A stretch of 63,976 bases of DNA, the filler included, from Folioceros fuciformis (Eukaryota): NCBI GenBank assembly GCA_049999805.1. It is 11 parts of 11 records of this genome, joined end to end, with 100 filler letters (N's around TTAATTAATTAA, not from the genome) between each part and the next. Parts side by side here need not be neighbours in the genome. Positions count along the whole stretch, not along the records: positions 48,522 to 55,191 come from JBNGIO010002173.1; positions 55,292 to 57,838 come from JBNGIO010002174.1; positions 57,939 to 60,014 come from JBNGIO010002175.1; positions 60,115 to 63,976 come from JBNGIO010002176.1; 7 more parts are not named here. One strand, 5' to 3'. A program made the translations under genes and the position numbers. The notes under the pieces are model-generated. The model did not search any database. It was not told where the DNA came from and saw nothing but the letters and a program-made list of their open reading frames with translations. Below, piece by piece: positions 49,590 to 63,938 of this stretch (within the stretch, counting starts at the first letter, position 1; the number at the start of each line of letters is the position of its first letter).

Positions 49590-52056
49590 TTACTCCAAAA
49601 AGACCTGGAAGCGTTCACCGCGGCGATCCGTGATGTCGATAAGCAACTGCCCGCTTTCCAGCTTCCCCTTGGATTTCACGGCTGCTTCATCAAGCATGGC
49701 GCGCAAATTCAGCCCTGCAACACCTGCGTACGGAACCCAAAGCACGAGGAGGAGTTAGGGTTGGGTTCTTCCGTATCCGGAAATGCGACTCGTGATGGGC
49801 CGGCCTTACCTGGCACAGTGGCCGCTAACCCATCCAGAAACCCGGCCTGCAAAAGCCAGAGCAAGTACGGGTAAGGGCACGGTTAGCAGGCACGGGCACG
49901 ACACGGGACTGCTGCAGAAAGATGTGGTACCGGAATTTTGATGTCCAGCTTGGTGGAGCCGCTGCTTCCCGTGACGATGACTCGCAACTTTCGCGACCAG
50001 AGCTTCTCGAGGGTGTCCCTTAAGCCTCCCTTTTGTTGAGCTGGCAACACCTCTGGCTCTATCACCTCCGGCATCACGGGCTGTGAGGTGGCTGTGCTCG
50101 CCCACTCTGAACCACTCCTGAAGCCAGCATCATATTTCGCGTTGTCGCGGTCGAAGCTCGGATAGCTACTAGTGCTTGGTGTTGTACCGTATCCGGCGTA
50201 TGTGCTGGGCTCCTGGGTTGGGAATAAGTCTGGAATCTTTTCCTGGAGAAAGGGAGCCGATGGGGAGGTATCTGCATCGTTTGATGCATGTGAGCGAGTA
50301 ATGCAAGGTCATTAGAGCGACAGCACATGGAAGGGGCTCACTTTCATCATGACACACGACTGACCTGCAGCAGCATCCCGTGCAATAGATGCGTAGTAGC
50401 CATCCTCCGCATAATATCTGCTGAAGCCCACGATCTCCTTGATTTCCTCAAACTTTGGCAGATCACCGGGAGGAGGTAGGCGTCCGCTCTTTATGGCTTT
50501 CAGAGCATCCTGGAAGGAGGTGTGATTTGTATCAATACCCCTACCGTACAATAGGGTGGAAATGAGGAAGCATACATGGAAGGAGCTCTACCTGCATGGC
50601 TCGAATGGAGACTCCAACCAGTGACAGAGGATAGGCAACGAGTTTGAAACCAAGCTGTTCGAGCTCGAAGGGTGGAAGGATAGGTGTCTTACCTCCCCCT
50701 TCTAACATGCTCGCCTGTTTGCAGTATATCAACGTGAGTGAGTTGGAGAAGAGATGGTAACTTCCCTCCGACGGCACGGGCGGGGTTTCTGGGGCAATTA
50801 CTTACCATCTTGGGCACACCGGGGAGAAGCCTGGCAAAGGCAGCCATCTCTTCCTTTGACGTGAGAGCATCGATGAACAGGACATCAGCACCTGCATCTG
50901 CAAATGCCTTGACCCTCCACAAGGCTTCGTCCAGAGAAACTGCTTGGCGAGCATCAGTCCGAGCAACAATCACGATGTCCGAGCTTGCTTCAATTCTGGC
51001 ATCAACCGCCGCTCTGATTTTGGCAACCGCCTCTTCACGAGGAATCACCCTCCTTCCATTGGTATGGCCACATGCTTTTGGAGAAACCTACAGAGAGGAC
51101 AGACAGAGCGTAAAACCAAGATAATCGGTAACACCACAAGCCATGGGTCACGACGTCTTGGATTTGCTAGTTAAGCAGTAAGTTACCACGATGATGCTGG
51201 GACTACCTGATCTTCTAGAATAATACCAGCCAAGCCGGCTTGGTGATAGCCTTTCACCGTCCTCTTCACGCTCAGAGCATTTCCGTAACCATTATCCCCA
51301 TCACCAATCACAGGTATCGACACTGCTGCTGTGATCTGACGGGCCTGGTCTACCATCTCGCCATACGAGATGAGTCCAGCATCAGGAGCGGCTAACTTGA
51401 CTGCAGACACTGCGAAGCCTGCCAAAGCATGAACCACCTTTCAAAAGGAATTCCATCAGTTCAACGAATGCTTACAACACCTGATAGACATGATTCAACA
51501 ACAACAAGCTGTTGCAGGCGCATGCCCTAGGTGCAGTCCCGAAGCACATGTGTTCCATACCCATGGTCACTCAAAAATAAGGACAAAGTCACTGACCACT
51601 CATGAACGCATAGTTGAATCCCGCCAGCTCCACAAGCCTAGCACTCAACGCATCGTGACAGGCAGGCCCTTGGTGCACTCCCGGGGTGTTCAAAAGACGT
51701 CGCAAAACAATAGCGGAGGATTCCCGTGGCAGCTCGCCTCCACTCTGCGTGCTCCCTTGAACGATCAATCTACCAATGGCTCTTCTACAGTAAGCCTTTC
51801 GACTTGTCTTAGCCAACGCCAATCGTGTGAAATTCCTCGAGCTACAGACGCCTTGTGAACCATCGTTCTCTGGATCCCTCACACAGCAACCCCTGGCCAC
51901 TTTGGTGCGGCATCCCTCATTGTCAAGAATCGCCAAGCTTCCACATCTATATCGCTGCGCGATCGTTGAAGAAGGCAAATTTAAGCTGCACTGATTCATC
52001 ACACTCTGCCTACACGATGGCCAGGAGGAAGCTCCAAGAAGAGCATCCACAGCCAT
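49590..52056 (-). CDS. Plastid PEP-mutase/isocitrate-lyase superfamily protein with C-terminal extension, multi-exon
   Basis: GPACHDALSARLVE, PDAGLISYGEM, IPVIGDGDNGYGNA, ILEDQVSPKACGH, IVARTDARQA, GADVLFID, MLEGGGKTP, WSRKLRV...IPAGFLDG...RFQVFLE*. Confidence 0.9.
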
Positions 52057-52439
52057 GTTCTGTAGGGAGCAGTGGCGAAATCCCCTACAACCCGATACGC
52101 GTCAATTTCGGCGCCACGGCCGACGCCACTAGCTCCGATGGTGGAAATTCAGGGTTCAATACATCAGCTTCACCACTGCCAAGCTGCCATGTGGAAGACG
52201 ATGAAACACTGACACGTGGAAAAACGCCCTTGTAAGGTCTGATTTGAGACCTTAAGGCATTCGAAGGTACGTACATCTGACGTTTATCGTACAGTTCCGT
52301 GTTCTAGTCGTTGGAGTGGAGGACATACCATGCTGGAACTGCAACGCTATTCCAGCATCTCATGTCCCCAGCAGGGTTCGGAGCAGTCCTGATACAGGCC
52401 AAAAGGGGAGCTGTCCTGAACAACATTTCCACGTCATTC

Positions 52440-55191
52440 TCAGCGCAGCCGCTTCCTGCAACCAGTTGCTCCGCAATGGCAGTCAATTCTGCCAGCATCG
52501 TCTTCGTCGTCTCGGCTCTCCACTAATGGGTACCCATAATCGTATGACAGTTCCTGCAACGTCGTCCAGAGATAAATGAGGGCCGACCTCCATGAAATTC
52601 AGGGAATCACAAGCTGTCATTTTCGGGTGAGCACCAACACTGACCGTGCCCGCAAGAATGTTTTCCGCAGCGAAGAGCATCACGCGGGCCAGCCTGAGAT
52701 CATGGTGTTCGCTCAACACACATTGAACGTACAGGTTGGGGTCACAGCTGTGGTTGACAAACCGAGCAAAACTACCGCTACTTCCAGCATCAATTGTGAA
52801 TTCAGGATCATTTCGAGCATCACAATCAAGGCCACCGGAGGGGTGCTCATAATTGCTGATGACTCGCTTCTGCACAAGATCGGGCCAAATTACTTACAAT
52901 TCCCCTGTCTTGCAAAGTAGCCGGAAGCAGAACCAGAGTAAAGCATACCTGCCGACCGCCAAGGCCCAAGATGGTTTGGAGGCAATCGATCTCAAACAAG
53001 TAGCCGTTGTCATCGTCTAAGTCTTCGCTTCGTCTAAGATCACCGGTGTATTCGGAAACAGGTGCGCCAATTGGAATGTAGTCCAGTGTTATCACACCCC
53101 ATCCCTTACGTGGCGTTTTGACGAGCTGCGCATGTTAAGAGCACTGCGAAATTAAAACGATATTCCACGAACCTGCAAGCAGAGCGGCTCCCGCAAGCAC
53201 ATACCTGAAGCCTATATTGCAACCCTCTCTGACTGGAACGGTTAAAACATCCTGCACCACAGGAGCAATGCGGCCCGCACTCATACACTACATCCTGAGC
53301 CTTTACCAACCTAGAGAAGCAGCCGTGTTGCAAAGTTAGAAACCTCCTGGTGCCCCACAACAGCATGTTACTTGCTATTTCTTTCTAAAGTCTGGAGTGT
53401 TCAGTGGCACCTGTGTTCATGATTATAAGGAATGACACCCCCGTTCAACTTAGCGCACGCACATTTTTTGCTGTCCATACAAGAACCCTTACAATCACAG
53501 CCAGCTGCAGGCTTTGGCCACTCTATGCCCGGTGGAACTCTGTTCTTTAACAGATATGTGAAGGCTGTTACACACAACAAGCGAAGGAAGGTGAGAGCGA
53601 AACCTTGCCAACCTGTCGGGAGGTGACTCTTTCATGACTTCTCATCCCTAAACGCCAGGGGGGACGGTACTCACCTGGAGGAGGAGTTGGGATCTTATCT
53701 ACCGTATTACAGGCCGGAACAGGAAGACGTTCCAAATTGTTGCAGACGTCGGTGCAAACGAGACTACACACCACATCAAGTTCAATCAAGTTAAGCTAAA
53801 CCACAAACGCTACAAAAGAACGCAGACCACTCTCAAAAGCTAATTTGGAACTCACCCTTCCAGGGTAACTTGAGCTGGATTTTTCTTTCCCAGGAATTGA
53901 ACTACCTGCGCACACCTTTTACGCAGAGGGTTTGGAAACAGATGATCCGGCAAATTATGTCATTAACTTCAGGAGGGGTTGGTTACCTGATCCTTGCGCA
54001 GCGGAGCTTGCCCTTCCAAGCGATTGAGCGTGAACTTGAAAACCCGGAAACCAGCCTTCCCATCTGATGGGACACAGCTGACAACCTAAAGAGGCAATAG
54101 TCAGAGGAGGCAACCGACAATCAAAGGGGAGGCGAAACGGTAAAGAGCTTATGTACGCAAGCACCTACCAGGTAAAGCCCACTGTAGGTGAAGACCTTGC
54201 CCGACATCGCCTTGCTGTTTGGTTGGTGACCTCTAAAGACTCTAACAGGCAGCCCCTGCTCCATGCTATTCTGTCACAAAACAACATCAAACAAGCTACA
54301 AATTCAAGTAATGATCCACAGTCATTACAACTTCAGGGGAAGGGGGAGGGGGGGGGGCGAAAGAAAGTTAAGAATCGAAAAAATCACCTTCAGGCCGAGG
54401 TTAGCCCCACTCAGCTTTTGTTCACCCTTCTGGCGCATGTCCCCAGAGAGGTTATTACCACCTTGTCCAGTATACGTGATACTTTCACTCTCATCAACAT
54501 CATCTTCATAGACACCTGACATGACTATGCTAGTGGCCAATGGCAATATATACCCGGATCTGGCCGCCTGCGGAAATTTACAAGAGGTGGAACGGTTGAC
54601 ACGGTTATACCCCCAGCGTGGTAGCCAGAAACTACTAAATGCTGCCTACCTCTTCATTGTGGGGTTCATAGTCATCCCCACACTTGGCACCAGCAGGTAT
54701 GCAGTCAATACCCTTCATGTGTTCCACGTGCAATCCGATAGCGCTCATTTCAGCCCTAGAGTTACAGATGTAGCCAACTTCGAGACCTAGAAGTCACGGT
54801 AGATCAATGCCTGTTGACCTCATCCTGCGGCCTCCTGACCAGAAAAAAAAAAAAAAATGGCAAATTTCACAGAAGAAGTGAGCATGGCGCCAACACCCAC
54901 CAGGAAGCTCTCCGACCCTTCTACAGGGAAAGAAGACTCGTCCTGTGCGCCTCAGCTGCAGGAGGAAGATTTGCACGTTAGGCTCTCGAACCCACTTCAA
55001 CCAAGCGGCAGACACGCTTTAGTTAACTCAGAAATGTTAACCTCTGTAAGAGCTTTAAGATCTGGCCGCCTGATGGTGCCACTGGATTCCTGCAATGAAG
55101 CGTGCCATGCTCAAGCTCAACTCCGTGTTCTAATGCATAGGTATTGCTCTCCAGATGGCATACCTTTCGCTTGCGGGCACCTGCTCCGCTC
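52440..55191 (-). CDS. SUVH4: SRA/pre-SET/SET/post-SET histone H3K9 methyltransferase, SUVH4/KYP-like; 5' end lost in gap
   Basis: SRAEMSAIG, LPLATSIVMSGVYEDD, YTGQGGNNL, VYECGPHCSC, YLFEIDCLQT, PEFTIDAG...ARFVNHSCDPNLYVQCVL, ELSYDYGY, CHCGATGCRKRL*. Confidence 0.88.
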
Positions 55192-56577
55192 NNNNNNNNN
55201 NNNNNNNNNNNNNNNNNNNNNNNNNNNNNNNNNNNTTAATTAATTAANNNNNNNNNNNNNNNNNNNNNNNNNNNNNNNNNNNNNNNNNNNNGAATGAGTG
55301 TGAGCAAAGCTTAGCTACTCCCTACCTAGATAATCCTAGTTTTGGGAAAATTCTAGGCCTGGAAAATCTCAATTCCCTAGGCTTGCTAGGCAGATGTAGC
55401 TGTGATCAGAAAGCAAAGAAACACAACTTTCTTGGAGTCTTGAGGGAACAAGAAATCTACCCCTCCCCAAAGCATCCATGATCAGCCATGTCCCTCTTCC
55501 TCCAGTGATCAAAATGTTCACCTCTTCAAGACAAATATGTTGGTATGTAGATCTAAGGCAGTCAAGCAGAATTGCGGCCGCTATGTTCTCTTGAAGTTTG
55601 GCGTCCACACCCTCAAACCCCAAACCCGAGGCGTAAGTGCGTGAAATGTTGAGTTACTTGCTGGGGCTGCCTCAATGTGGTTTCCAAGCGGTGCCTTAGC
55701 TGCCAGCTCTCCTGAGCCCTGTGAAGAGCCTTGGATCAACATGTAGCTGCTGCTAGTAGAAAGGTAGTTGCTACAACACTGAGCATGCACCTGCCAAACT
55801 CACGGCCGCTACAAAGGAAGAGAGGGATTCTCCAAGGCTACTGCCTGCGTGCACATGTCCGGCTGCTCCCCTAGAGTCCCTACAAACCCTAAATCCCTAG
55901 TAATGCAAAGGGAAAATGACAGCCTTCACACAAACGGGTCTGGATGGGTGCTCCACAAATGCTGCCTTGCTGTAGCTGCTTGGCTACGCTCTAAGAGCTC
56001 CTTGCCCGTGCCCTCATTGCCTAATTGAAGCAGTTGTCGAAGTAAGATGCTAGGCTGCTCACATGCACCATAGCTCACTCTGTGTCGTACAGCTGCAAAA
56101 AGGGGTTGCCCTCGTCGGGCTACCCAGAGTTGGTAAGTCACTAGCGGGATGCCACCATCTCCCTTACACTCACAATGTGCACCAAATAGCTCTTTCTTTC
56201 ATAGACGGCTAGTGAACAACAAAAAGGGTTTAGGTCTTCCGCTGGTTCCTCTAATGAGTGACTTCGACAACTGCCTTTTTCCTCGTAGTGTTTGGTCTCC
56301 TTGTTTGGTGCTCTTCCAAGCTGTTTCCCGTGGGCTGTATGAGCCCACGCGCTTCTGGTGGGCAAATAGCCCTGGCTAGTATGTTGGCCATTTACGTAAT
56401 TTAGGTTGAGATAGTCCTTTTACCTATTACTTATCTTATTTCCTATTATCAAATCAGCTAATTTAGGTGGAGTTAGTTTAATCACCTGTTATCTAATCAG
56501 CTGAAAGTCATTGTGTTCCACTAAACTATCACATTCACCATGACTGTCTATTATAAGTCCATTTTTGCCACAATTTC

Positions 56578-57350
56578 ATGACAAGGCACCTACGGGCACA
56601 ACTTGCCGCGCTAGGTACCAAGATAACTAAAGTGGAGATGACAGCACAGCTGCTGACCAACTTGCCCTTATCCTACCAATCATTTATTTCCAGCCAAAAT
56701 GCCACTTTGTGTGATGCCTACTCAGCAGCAGCAAGTGGTCAACCTTCTACACTAACTCTGAATGAGATAGTTGGGGCCCTCTTGCAAGAGGAGGAGAGCC
56801 GCCAATGTTCTGACTTTGGTTCACAGATGCGTGGTGAGAGAGTTCTGTTTGCTGAAAAAGGCAAGAATCAATGGAAAGCAAAGGACAAAAGTAAGAAGAA
56901 CGCTTCAAACACTTCTGGTACCTCTTCGTCCACCACTAAGCGTACAGGCAATTACAACCGGTGCCAAATCCCTAGGCACTGGGAACGTGATTGTAGAAAG
57001 AAGAAAGCTGGAGAGCCCAAAAAGATGACACGATCAGAGGCTCATGTTTCATCCAAGGAAGCCAAATCTCAGAATGGCCAGCAACAACCTCAAAGCAGCA
57101 GTTCTATACTTACAATTTGCTTGACCTTGACCATAGAGAATACTCAGCATTGGTTCATTGATTCGGGAGCTACTGCTCACATCTGCAACAACCGACAGAT
57201 ATTCTCTTCCTTCCACAAATAGCAGACTCCTCAGTCAGTCTTTGTGGGTGATTCGCGAGGCATTGAGGTCAAAGGGACAGGTGGAGTTGACATACCTCTT
57301 CTTGATGGGTCAACTTTGCATCTTCAGGATGTCCTATTTGTTCCAGCAAT
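56578..57350 (+). mobile_element. Decayed Ty1/Copia gag-protease fragment
   Basis: LLTNLPLSYQSF, degenerate zinc knuckle (HWERDC), WFIDSGATAHIC, stop at 57222, DVLFVP cut by an LTR. Confidence 0.88.
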
Positions 57351-57624
57351 TGATGAGAATAGGTGCTGATTTATTAGGGTTCAATAATGTTAGCATTTAC
57401 AGTATGTGTGTACAGGGTTATTATGATTATCATTTTATTACCCTTTCATTAAGAGTAATGTCCCTTAGTAGTGTAAGGTTATGTCTTTTCACAACAACTT
57501 AAGTTGAGTGAGCCACTTTAACAAAGTGCTCTTATTGTAATATTCTTTTTATCAATAATGTAATTGTTTATTATAGCGATTGGTCTACACCAATCCAATC
57601 CAATATTTGTCATGGTATCAGAGC
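57351..57624 (+). mobile_element. 5' LTR (TG...CA, ~57351-57612) plus tRNA-iMet PBS of an inserted element
   Basis: TGGTATCAGAGC at 57613-57624 directly after CA. Confidence 0.75.
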
Positions 57625-58209
57625 CATGCTTTGGTATAGATTGCATTCATAAGAATGCACATTAAATTCCATACATTTTGATGTGCAGATGTATGAATTT
57701 GGTTATTGTATTTTGTTGTTGTTTTCTTTTAAAGAAAATGTTTTAAAAACATATCAAGAAAATATTTTATAGTTTTTTCTTTGGATTTTATTTTGAAAAT
57801 TTGCATTTCTAGAAGTTTGTTCTAGAGCATCTATTGACNNNNNNNNNNNNNNNNNNNNNNNNNNNNNNNNNNNNNNNNNNNNTTAATTAATTAANNNNNN
57901 NNNNNNNNNNNNNNNNNNNNNNNNNNNNNNNNNNNNNNCGTAGGTCTGCTTGTGACACGATCCTGGTTGTTCCTAGCCCTAGATTGCCTATACCTATTTC
58001 TCCGAGACATCTTTGCTAGATGTGTTTAATTGCTGCTTAGACATACCTAGCATAGCAGCGGAAGATGTAGGATATGCTCACTTTCTGATGTGAAGCAGGC
58101 GGCCAGTATGCCTTGGGCACACGAATTAAGGACCATTTTTCTAGACAATGGTTTTTGATTTTTGTGCCTAATTGCATGTCTGGCCATGCTCTAAAATATC
58201 ATAAAGTAA

Positions 58210-58240
<31 letters not shown>

Positions 58241-58275
58241 TTATAAGTGAGCCAGGCCTAGAAGGATCTAGACAT

Positions 58276-58489
58276 GCTCTGATACCATGTGAAGAATGCA
58301 AGTTGCTAGGCAAAGCAGCCAACGCATTGTACAAAACAATAATGAATAAAAAATCAATAATTATAAAGGAAAGGTTAAGTCTTATATATCACTTTAAGTG
58401 ACCTTTGGATAATTAACCTGAACTATACTAACTATGACGCTGGTTACAAATACATAATCCTAACGACAGTTATTTCGTTATTTCTAACA
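58276..58489 (-). mobile_element. 5' LTR (~58489-58288) plus tRNA-iMet PBS
   Basis: gctctgatacca at 58276-58287 abutting a TG...TAACA segment. Confidence 0.7.
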
Positions 58490-59719
58490 CTAATCATAGT
58501 CAAAAGTTCCGACACCTTAATTTAGCATAACCTCTTCCATGAAATATTGAGTGCATCAATGGCGGAGTTCAATGAACTCTTTGCGATCAAAATTATATCA
58601 TGTATTCAATGAACTCTTTCTCATGAACATTATATCATGTATTCATTTTGCAATGAAAAGCATGATTCTTAATGCAGCAATTCCGAATGAAAGAAAGTCA
58701 TCATGGAAAGTGCCCCTAACTTTATGTTTTTAAGGGCATAAATATCTTCTTTGGAAGTTCGCCCTCTTCACCCCTATCTTAACCTTAACTCATTTGCTAA
58801 TTTTCGTGCATAATAAAGAGGTTTGCCCCTTGGGCAAAGAGGGGAAGCCTTTTCTCTTTCATATGTCCTTAATGTTGGTTAGGTGCTTTTAGCATTTTAA
58901 GCTTAATGTGCTCAAGGGATACCAATCCTCTTTGGCTCGTTCACCTCCATGGGTTGTTTTCCCTCTTTTGAGGTTGACGAGTTTTTCTATCTTGTCTTTT
59001 TTAATAAAGTTTATGAAAATTCTGACTAGTCTTGTAGACTAGGAAAGCTACATCTCTTTTTATGGCCCTTCTTTGTAGATGTTTTTTGTGGATTTGAAGC
59101 CTTACATCGAAAGAAGAATAGAGATATAATAACTTCTACTTCTAGATTCCTTCACTCTTCTTATCTAGGAAAGTAGATCAAGAGTAAGTTTATAGCCAAG
59201 GAATCCATCCATTGTGGGAGTTTTGATTTGCAGTGTTTTCTTTGTTTGTTTAGCCTATACTTGGTCTAACCTAAATAAAAAATAAAGGTGAACTACAGGG
59301 TTTTGTATCATGTTATTAGTCTAACTAGATTGATCTAGCTAAAAAATAAAACTAGTTACATGATAGATGAATTGAAAGGACACACCATTGCTTAAACCAC
59401 AATACAACACCTACTTGCGAACATGTCTTTAAAGCAATTATGAAAAGAATCTTTGATGCTATCGCTTTCACTAAGTTAGATCAAGCTTTCAAAGTTCCCT
59501 CACAACCTTAAATTCCACAAACCTGGTTGATGAGTTTAGGACCCAATTCATTGGTAGTTCAATTGTCAGGCATGTTTTTGGGCAATGCATTGGTACATAC
59601 AACAAGATACCATGTTGTCTATGAACAACTTCTTTATATGAACAACTTTTCCACACATACAACACCATGTATGTGTGGTGGTTGGTCCACAGCATTGAAA
59701 ATGTAGCCATGTAGCCTCC

Positions 59720-59860
59720 TTGGAGATGCACACTCCTTTTGCTTACATGGTCGCCCCTGGAGATGGAGATGCACACTCCTTTTGCTTACATGGTCGCCCC
59801 CTGGAGATGGAGAAGCACACTCCTTTTGCTTACATGGTCGCCCCCTGGAGATGGAGATGT
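59720..59860. repeat. ~43-bp tandem repeat x3 (ggagatgcacactccttttgcttacatggtcgccc)
   Basis: Visible units with a variable C run. Confidence 0.9.
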
Positions 59861-60308
59861 GTGGAGGCAAAACCTCGGGCACTGATTGCCGACGGATTCC
59901 ACCTTTAGTGGCCACACTTATCCCACTGTCGTTGAGACATTGGGTTTCGTTCCCTCGAAGGAGCGATGGGGTTCCTTGCTGCTGTGGATGGAGGGTCGGA
60001 CTTGATCAACTCGANNNNNNNNNNNNNNNNNNNNNNNNNNNNNNNNNNNNNNNNNNNNTTAATTAATTAANNNNNNNNNNNNNNNNNNNNNNNNNNNNNN
60101 NNNNNNNNNNNNNNCCTATACCCACTCTTATAACCAAACCCACTATTTCCTGGTCAATTAACCCAATTAGCACAAAGAAAAATAGGAAAAATGACCAGAA
60201 AATAAAGGAAAATTAGGAAAAATAAGTTGAAAAAGAAAACCAAACCATACCACTATTAACCCTTTTTCAACCAAAACAAACTACTACCCCAAACTTTGGA
60301 GGTTCACA

Positions 60309-63300
60309 CGAGTAATAGCCTTAACAGCGACAGAGCGCTGTATTCTAATGACAAGGCCTTATGGTTGAACAAACCTGGACGGGGTCGAGGCCAAAGAAGC
60401 CGTGGAGTTTTCACGAGAGGAGGCCGAGGAGCCAGAGGAGGCCGAGGAGGTTTCAGACCTCAAAATTCTGCTGGTGGACGATCTAGACCACCATGCGGCC
60501 ACTGTGGTATGACAAACCACTCATGGGAAACCTGCAGGAAACGGTTGGCAGGTGAAAGTGGCCATTCTGGCCCCTCTGGACATCTTGCTGTTACTATGAA
60601 CAAGTATAGTCGTGCCTTCTTCTCCAACGTGTCACCTGTCACCCCTGTTGCCGCCTCCACAAAAGTTTCCAATTCCCAATGCAATGTGGTCACATGTTAT
60701 GCCAGCCAGAAGGAGCATACCTGGTATATCGATAGCGGGGCATCACAACATATGACCCCGCATGCCTCCTACTTCACTGAAATGCATGAAAGTGAGCCAG
60801 CTAAGTATATATGTCTTGGGGACGACACCAAGCATAGAATTGAAGGACAGGGTACCATAAACCTTGACCTGGAGCCAGCTCAGCACATAGCAATTCCGGA
60901 TGTCCTGTACGTACCTGGCCTGATAAAGAACCTTGTTTCCGTTCGGAAAATCGACCAGTCGGGATGTTATGTTTGTTTTGGAGGAGGCAAATGCATAGTG
61001 GAGACAGCTGATGGCAACCTTCTGGCTACTGGACACTTGGAGTCCGATGACCTGTACCACCTTGACCTCCAGTCAGCACAAGCCAATGCAGCCAATTCCT
61101 CGCAACCTATACGGCCTTCCAGGACCTATCTCTGGCATCTCAGACTTGGCCATGTCAATTTCAGAAAACTTGTTGACATGCACCAGAAGCGTATGGTGGA
61201 CGGGCTCACCTTAGATGAACACAAGGACTTCGGCAAATGTGAAGCCTGCATCCTTGGCAAGCACAAGCGGACTTCGTTCCCCACTGATACACCAACGAGA
61301 GCCACTTCACCTCTTGGCCTCGTCCATAGTGACTTGTGTGGACCCCTGCCGAAGTCCCTCGGAGGCAAGGAGTATTTCTTGACGTTCATAGATGATTACA
61401 CACGTTTTTGTGTGGTTTATTTCTTACTCCGTAAATCTGCTACTTTCTCCTGTTTCTTGGAGTACATTAACTGGGCTGAGCTGCAAACGGGTCACAAACT
61501 GAAGGCCCTCAGGAGTGACAATGGCGGTGAATATATTGCAGGAGATTTCCTCAACTTCTGCAAGCAGCGAGGCATTGTCAGGCAGTTTACAAATCCGCAT
61601 ACGCCACAGCAGAATGGAGTGGCCGAAAACAAAAACTGGGGTCTGGAAACCATGGCCTCCAGCATGTTACAGTATGCACAGCTGCCCAAATGCTATTGGG
61701 CTGAAGCTGTCGCTTATGCAGCCTACATTCAGAACCGAATATCTCACAAATCCGTACCTGGTGCCACGCCATACGAGCTATGGACGGGAAGCAAGCCTAG
61801 TGTATCTCATATGCGTGTCTTCGGTTCCAAGGAGTATGCACAAATTCCTAAAGACATCAGACGAAAATTCGAGCCAAAGTCAAGCCCCTTCATATTCGTT
61901 GGTTTTACAGAAGGCGTAAAGGGGTTTAAGTTGCTCAACAGGCAAACTAGACAAACCGTCCACTCCCGTGATGTAGTATTTGTCGAAGGTGTAGAATCTT
62001 TGCATATAGTGGGAGCAGATGTCGGTGACTGGCAGCTCTCAGATGAAGACTCACAGGATGAGGACCAGGAGATCCTTGTTGGCGATGTCCTTGTGCCATT
62101 GCCAGCACCACAGACTGCAGCTCCACAAATACCTGCAGCACCGCAGTCTGTACGCCCACAAACACGCACCAGATTCCAAGCACCTCCGCAGTCACAACTA
62201 TCTGCACAGCAAAGACAGAGATTAAAGCATGCACATCTGGAGCCTAGGACATCTAGCAGAACACGCAGGCAGCCTGAATTCTACGAATCTGAAGATTTCA
62301 GGCACCCCAAGTCGCATTTAACATATTGCTTGGCCTCCTATTCTGCTTGGTATGAACCTCCAACATATAAGGATGCATTGTCGTGCCCAGATGCACAGTT
62401 GTGGCAGAAGGCCATAGACTCGGAGCTGAGCTCCCTATATGAGAACAAGACTTGGGTCTTGACCAGTCTCCCACCAAATAGAAAGGCAGTAGGGAGCAGA
62501 TGGGTGTTTAAAGTTAAGCTCCGGGCAGATGGCACCGTTGAGAGATACAAGGCAAGAGTTGTTGCAAAAGGCTACTCCCAAATTCCAGGAATAGATTACG
62601 ATGATACCTTTAGCCCAGTGGTAAAGCTGACCACACTCAGGTTGTTCATTGCCCTGGCTACGGTCAATGATTACGAATTGGAGCAACTTGATGTCACAAC
62701 AGCTTTTCTGTATGGAAACCTGCAAGAAGACATTTTTGATGCAAGTACCGGATGGCGTCAGCATCCCCCCTGACCTGCAAAATCCAGTCTGTAAGTTGCT
62801 CAAATCGCTGTACGGTCTAAAACAGAGTGCAAATGCATGGTTTGGGAAGATAGATACCTTCCTGCAGGAGTTGGGGTATGCAAGCTTGAATGCTGACACC
62901 AATGTATACATGAGACGTGAAGCAGGTTCCTTCATAGCTTTGGCCATATATGTAGACGATATCATAGTCCTTAGTAATTCGCCTCAGCTGATCTTCATTC
63001 TCAAGCGTCAGCTGAGCAGCGAGTTCAAGATCAAGGAAGCAGGGGCACTTACTTTCTGTCTAGGCATGCAGTTGCAGCGAAATCGAAAAGAGGGCACGAT
63101 TTTCCTGCATCAAACAAAATATGCCATGCAAATCTTAGAACGATATGGAATGACTAAATGCAAGCCTATCTCTACACCTGTAGAACAAAACACAAAGTAC
63201 GAAGCTCAGGTTGGAAGCATACCTGAGGATGAAGCAGCCATCGTGGATCAGTATGCCTCCAAGAACGGGTCAGTCATGCATTTTATGATAGGCACAAGGC

Positions 63301-63938
63301 CTGATTTAGCTTTCAGTAGCGGGCTGACCTCAAGATTCGTCTCCAACCCAAATTCGAAGCATAATGATCTGATGACGAGGCTGTATAGATACATTGCAGC
63401 CACCGTGGACTGGGGCATCCTGTATAGCTCAAAGGCACACAAAGCATTGCAAATGGTCGCCTACAGCGATGCGGACTGGGCCGGAGACTCTGACAGCAGG
63501 AAGAGTATCTCCAGCTACGTTACCTTGCTAGCTGGAGGCGCCGTTGGCTGGAGCAGCAGGAGGCAGCCGACTATTGCGCTCTCTTCGACCGAAGCTGAGT
63601 ACAAGAGCCTCACTGAGGCATGCAAGGAGGTCACCTGGACAGTGGGAGCGCTCACCGAGCTTGGTGTACCACAGACCCTACTGGTGACTCTATTCTGTGA
63701 CAATCAAAGTGCTATAGCCTTGACTATGAACCCCAGGTTCCACGCGCGCACCAAACATATAGAAATTCAGCACCATTACATAAGGGAAGTTGTAAATGCT
63801 GGAACAGTCAGAGTTGAGTATTGCCCGACGGAGCTGATGACAGCAGACATCTTGACGAAGGGGCTCGGACGCGTGAAGCACTATCAACACGTAGCTGGGC
63901 TCGGACTCCGCGCATCAGGCAAGGACTTGAGGTGGAGT
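60309..63938 (+). mobile_element. Near-complete Ty1/Copia polyprotein (zinc knuckle, protease, GAG-pre, integrase, RT, RNase H) with one frameshift near 62738
   Basis: CGHCGMTNHSWETC, WYIDSGASQHM, LWHLRLGH, CEACILGK, FIDDYTR, LRSDNGGEY, TPQQNGVAE, YVDD, SDADWAGD, ADILTKGL; Copia domain order. Confidence 0.95.

Noticed and set aside
4541..55191. LDL3 and SUVH4 as a chromatin gene cluster
   Set aside because: About 40 kb and seven gaps apart with unrelated genes between; no evidence of functional linkage.
15164..60114. Recurrent palindromic TTAATTAATTAA motif
   Set aside because: Always centred in a 100-nt N spacer; an assembly linker, not biology.
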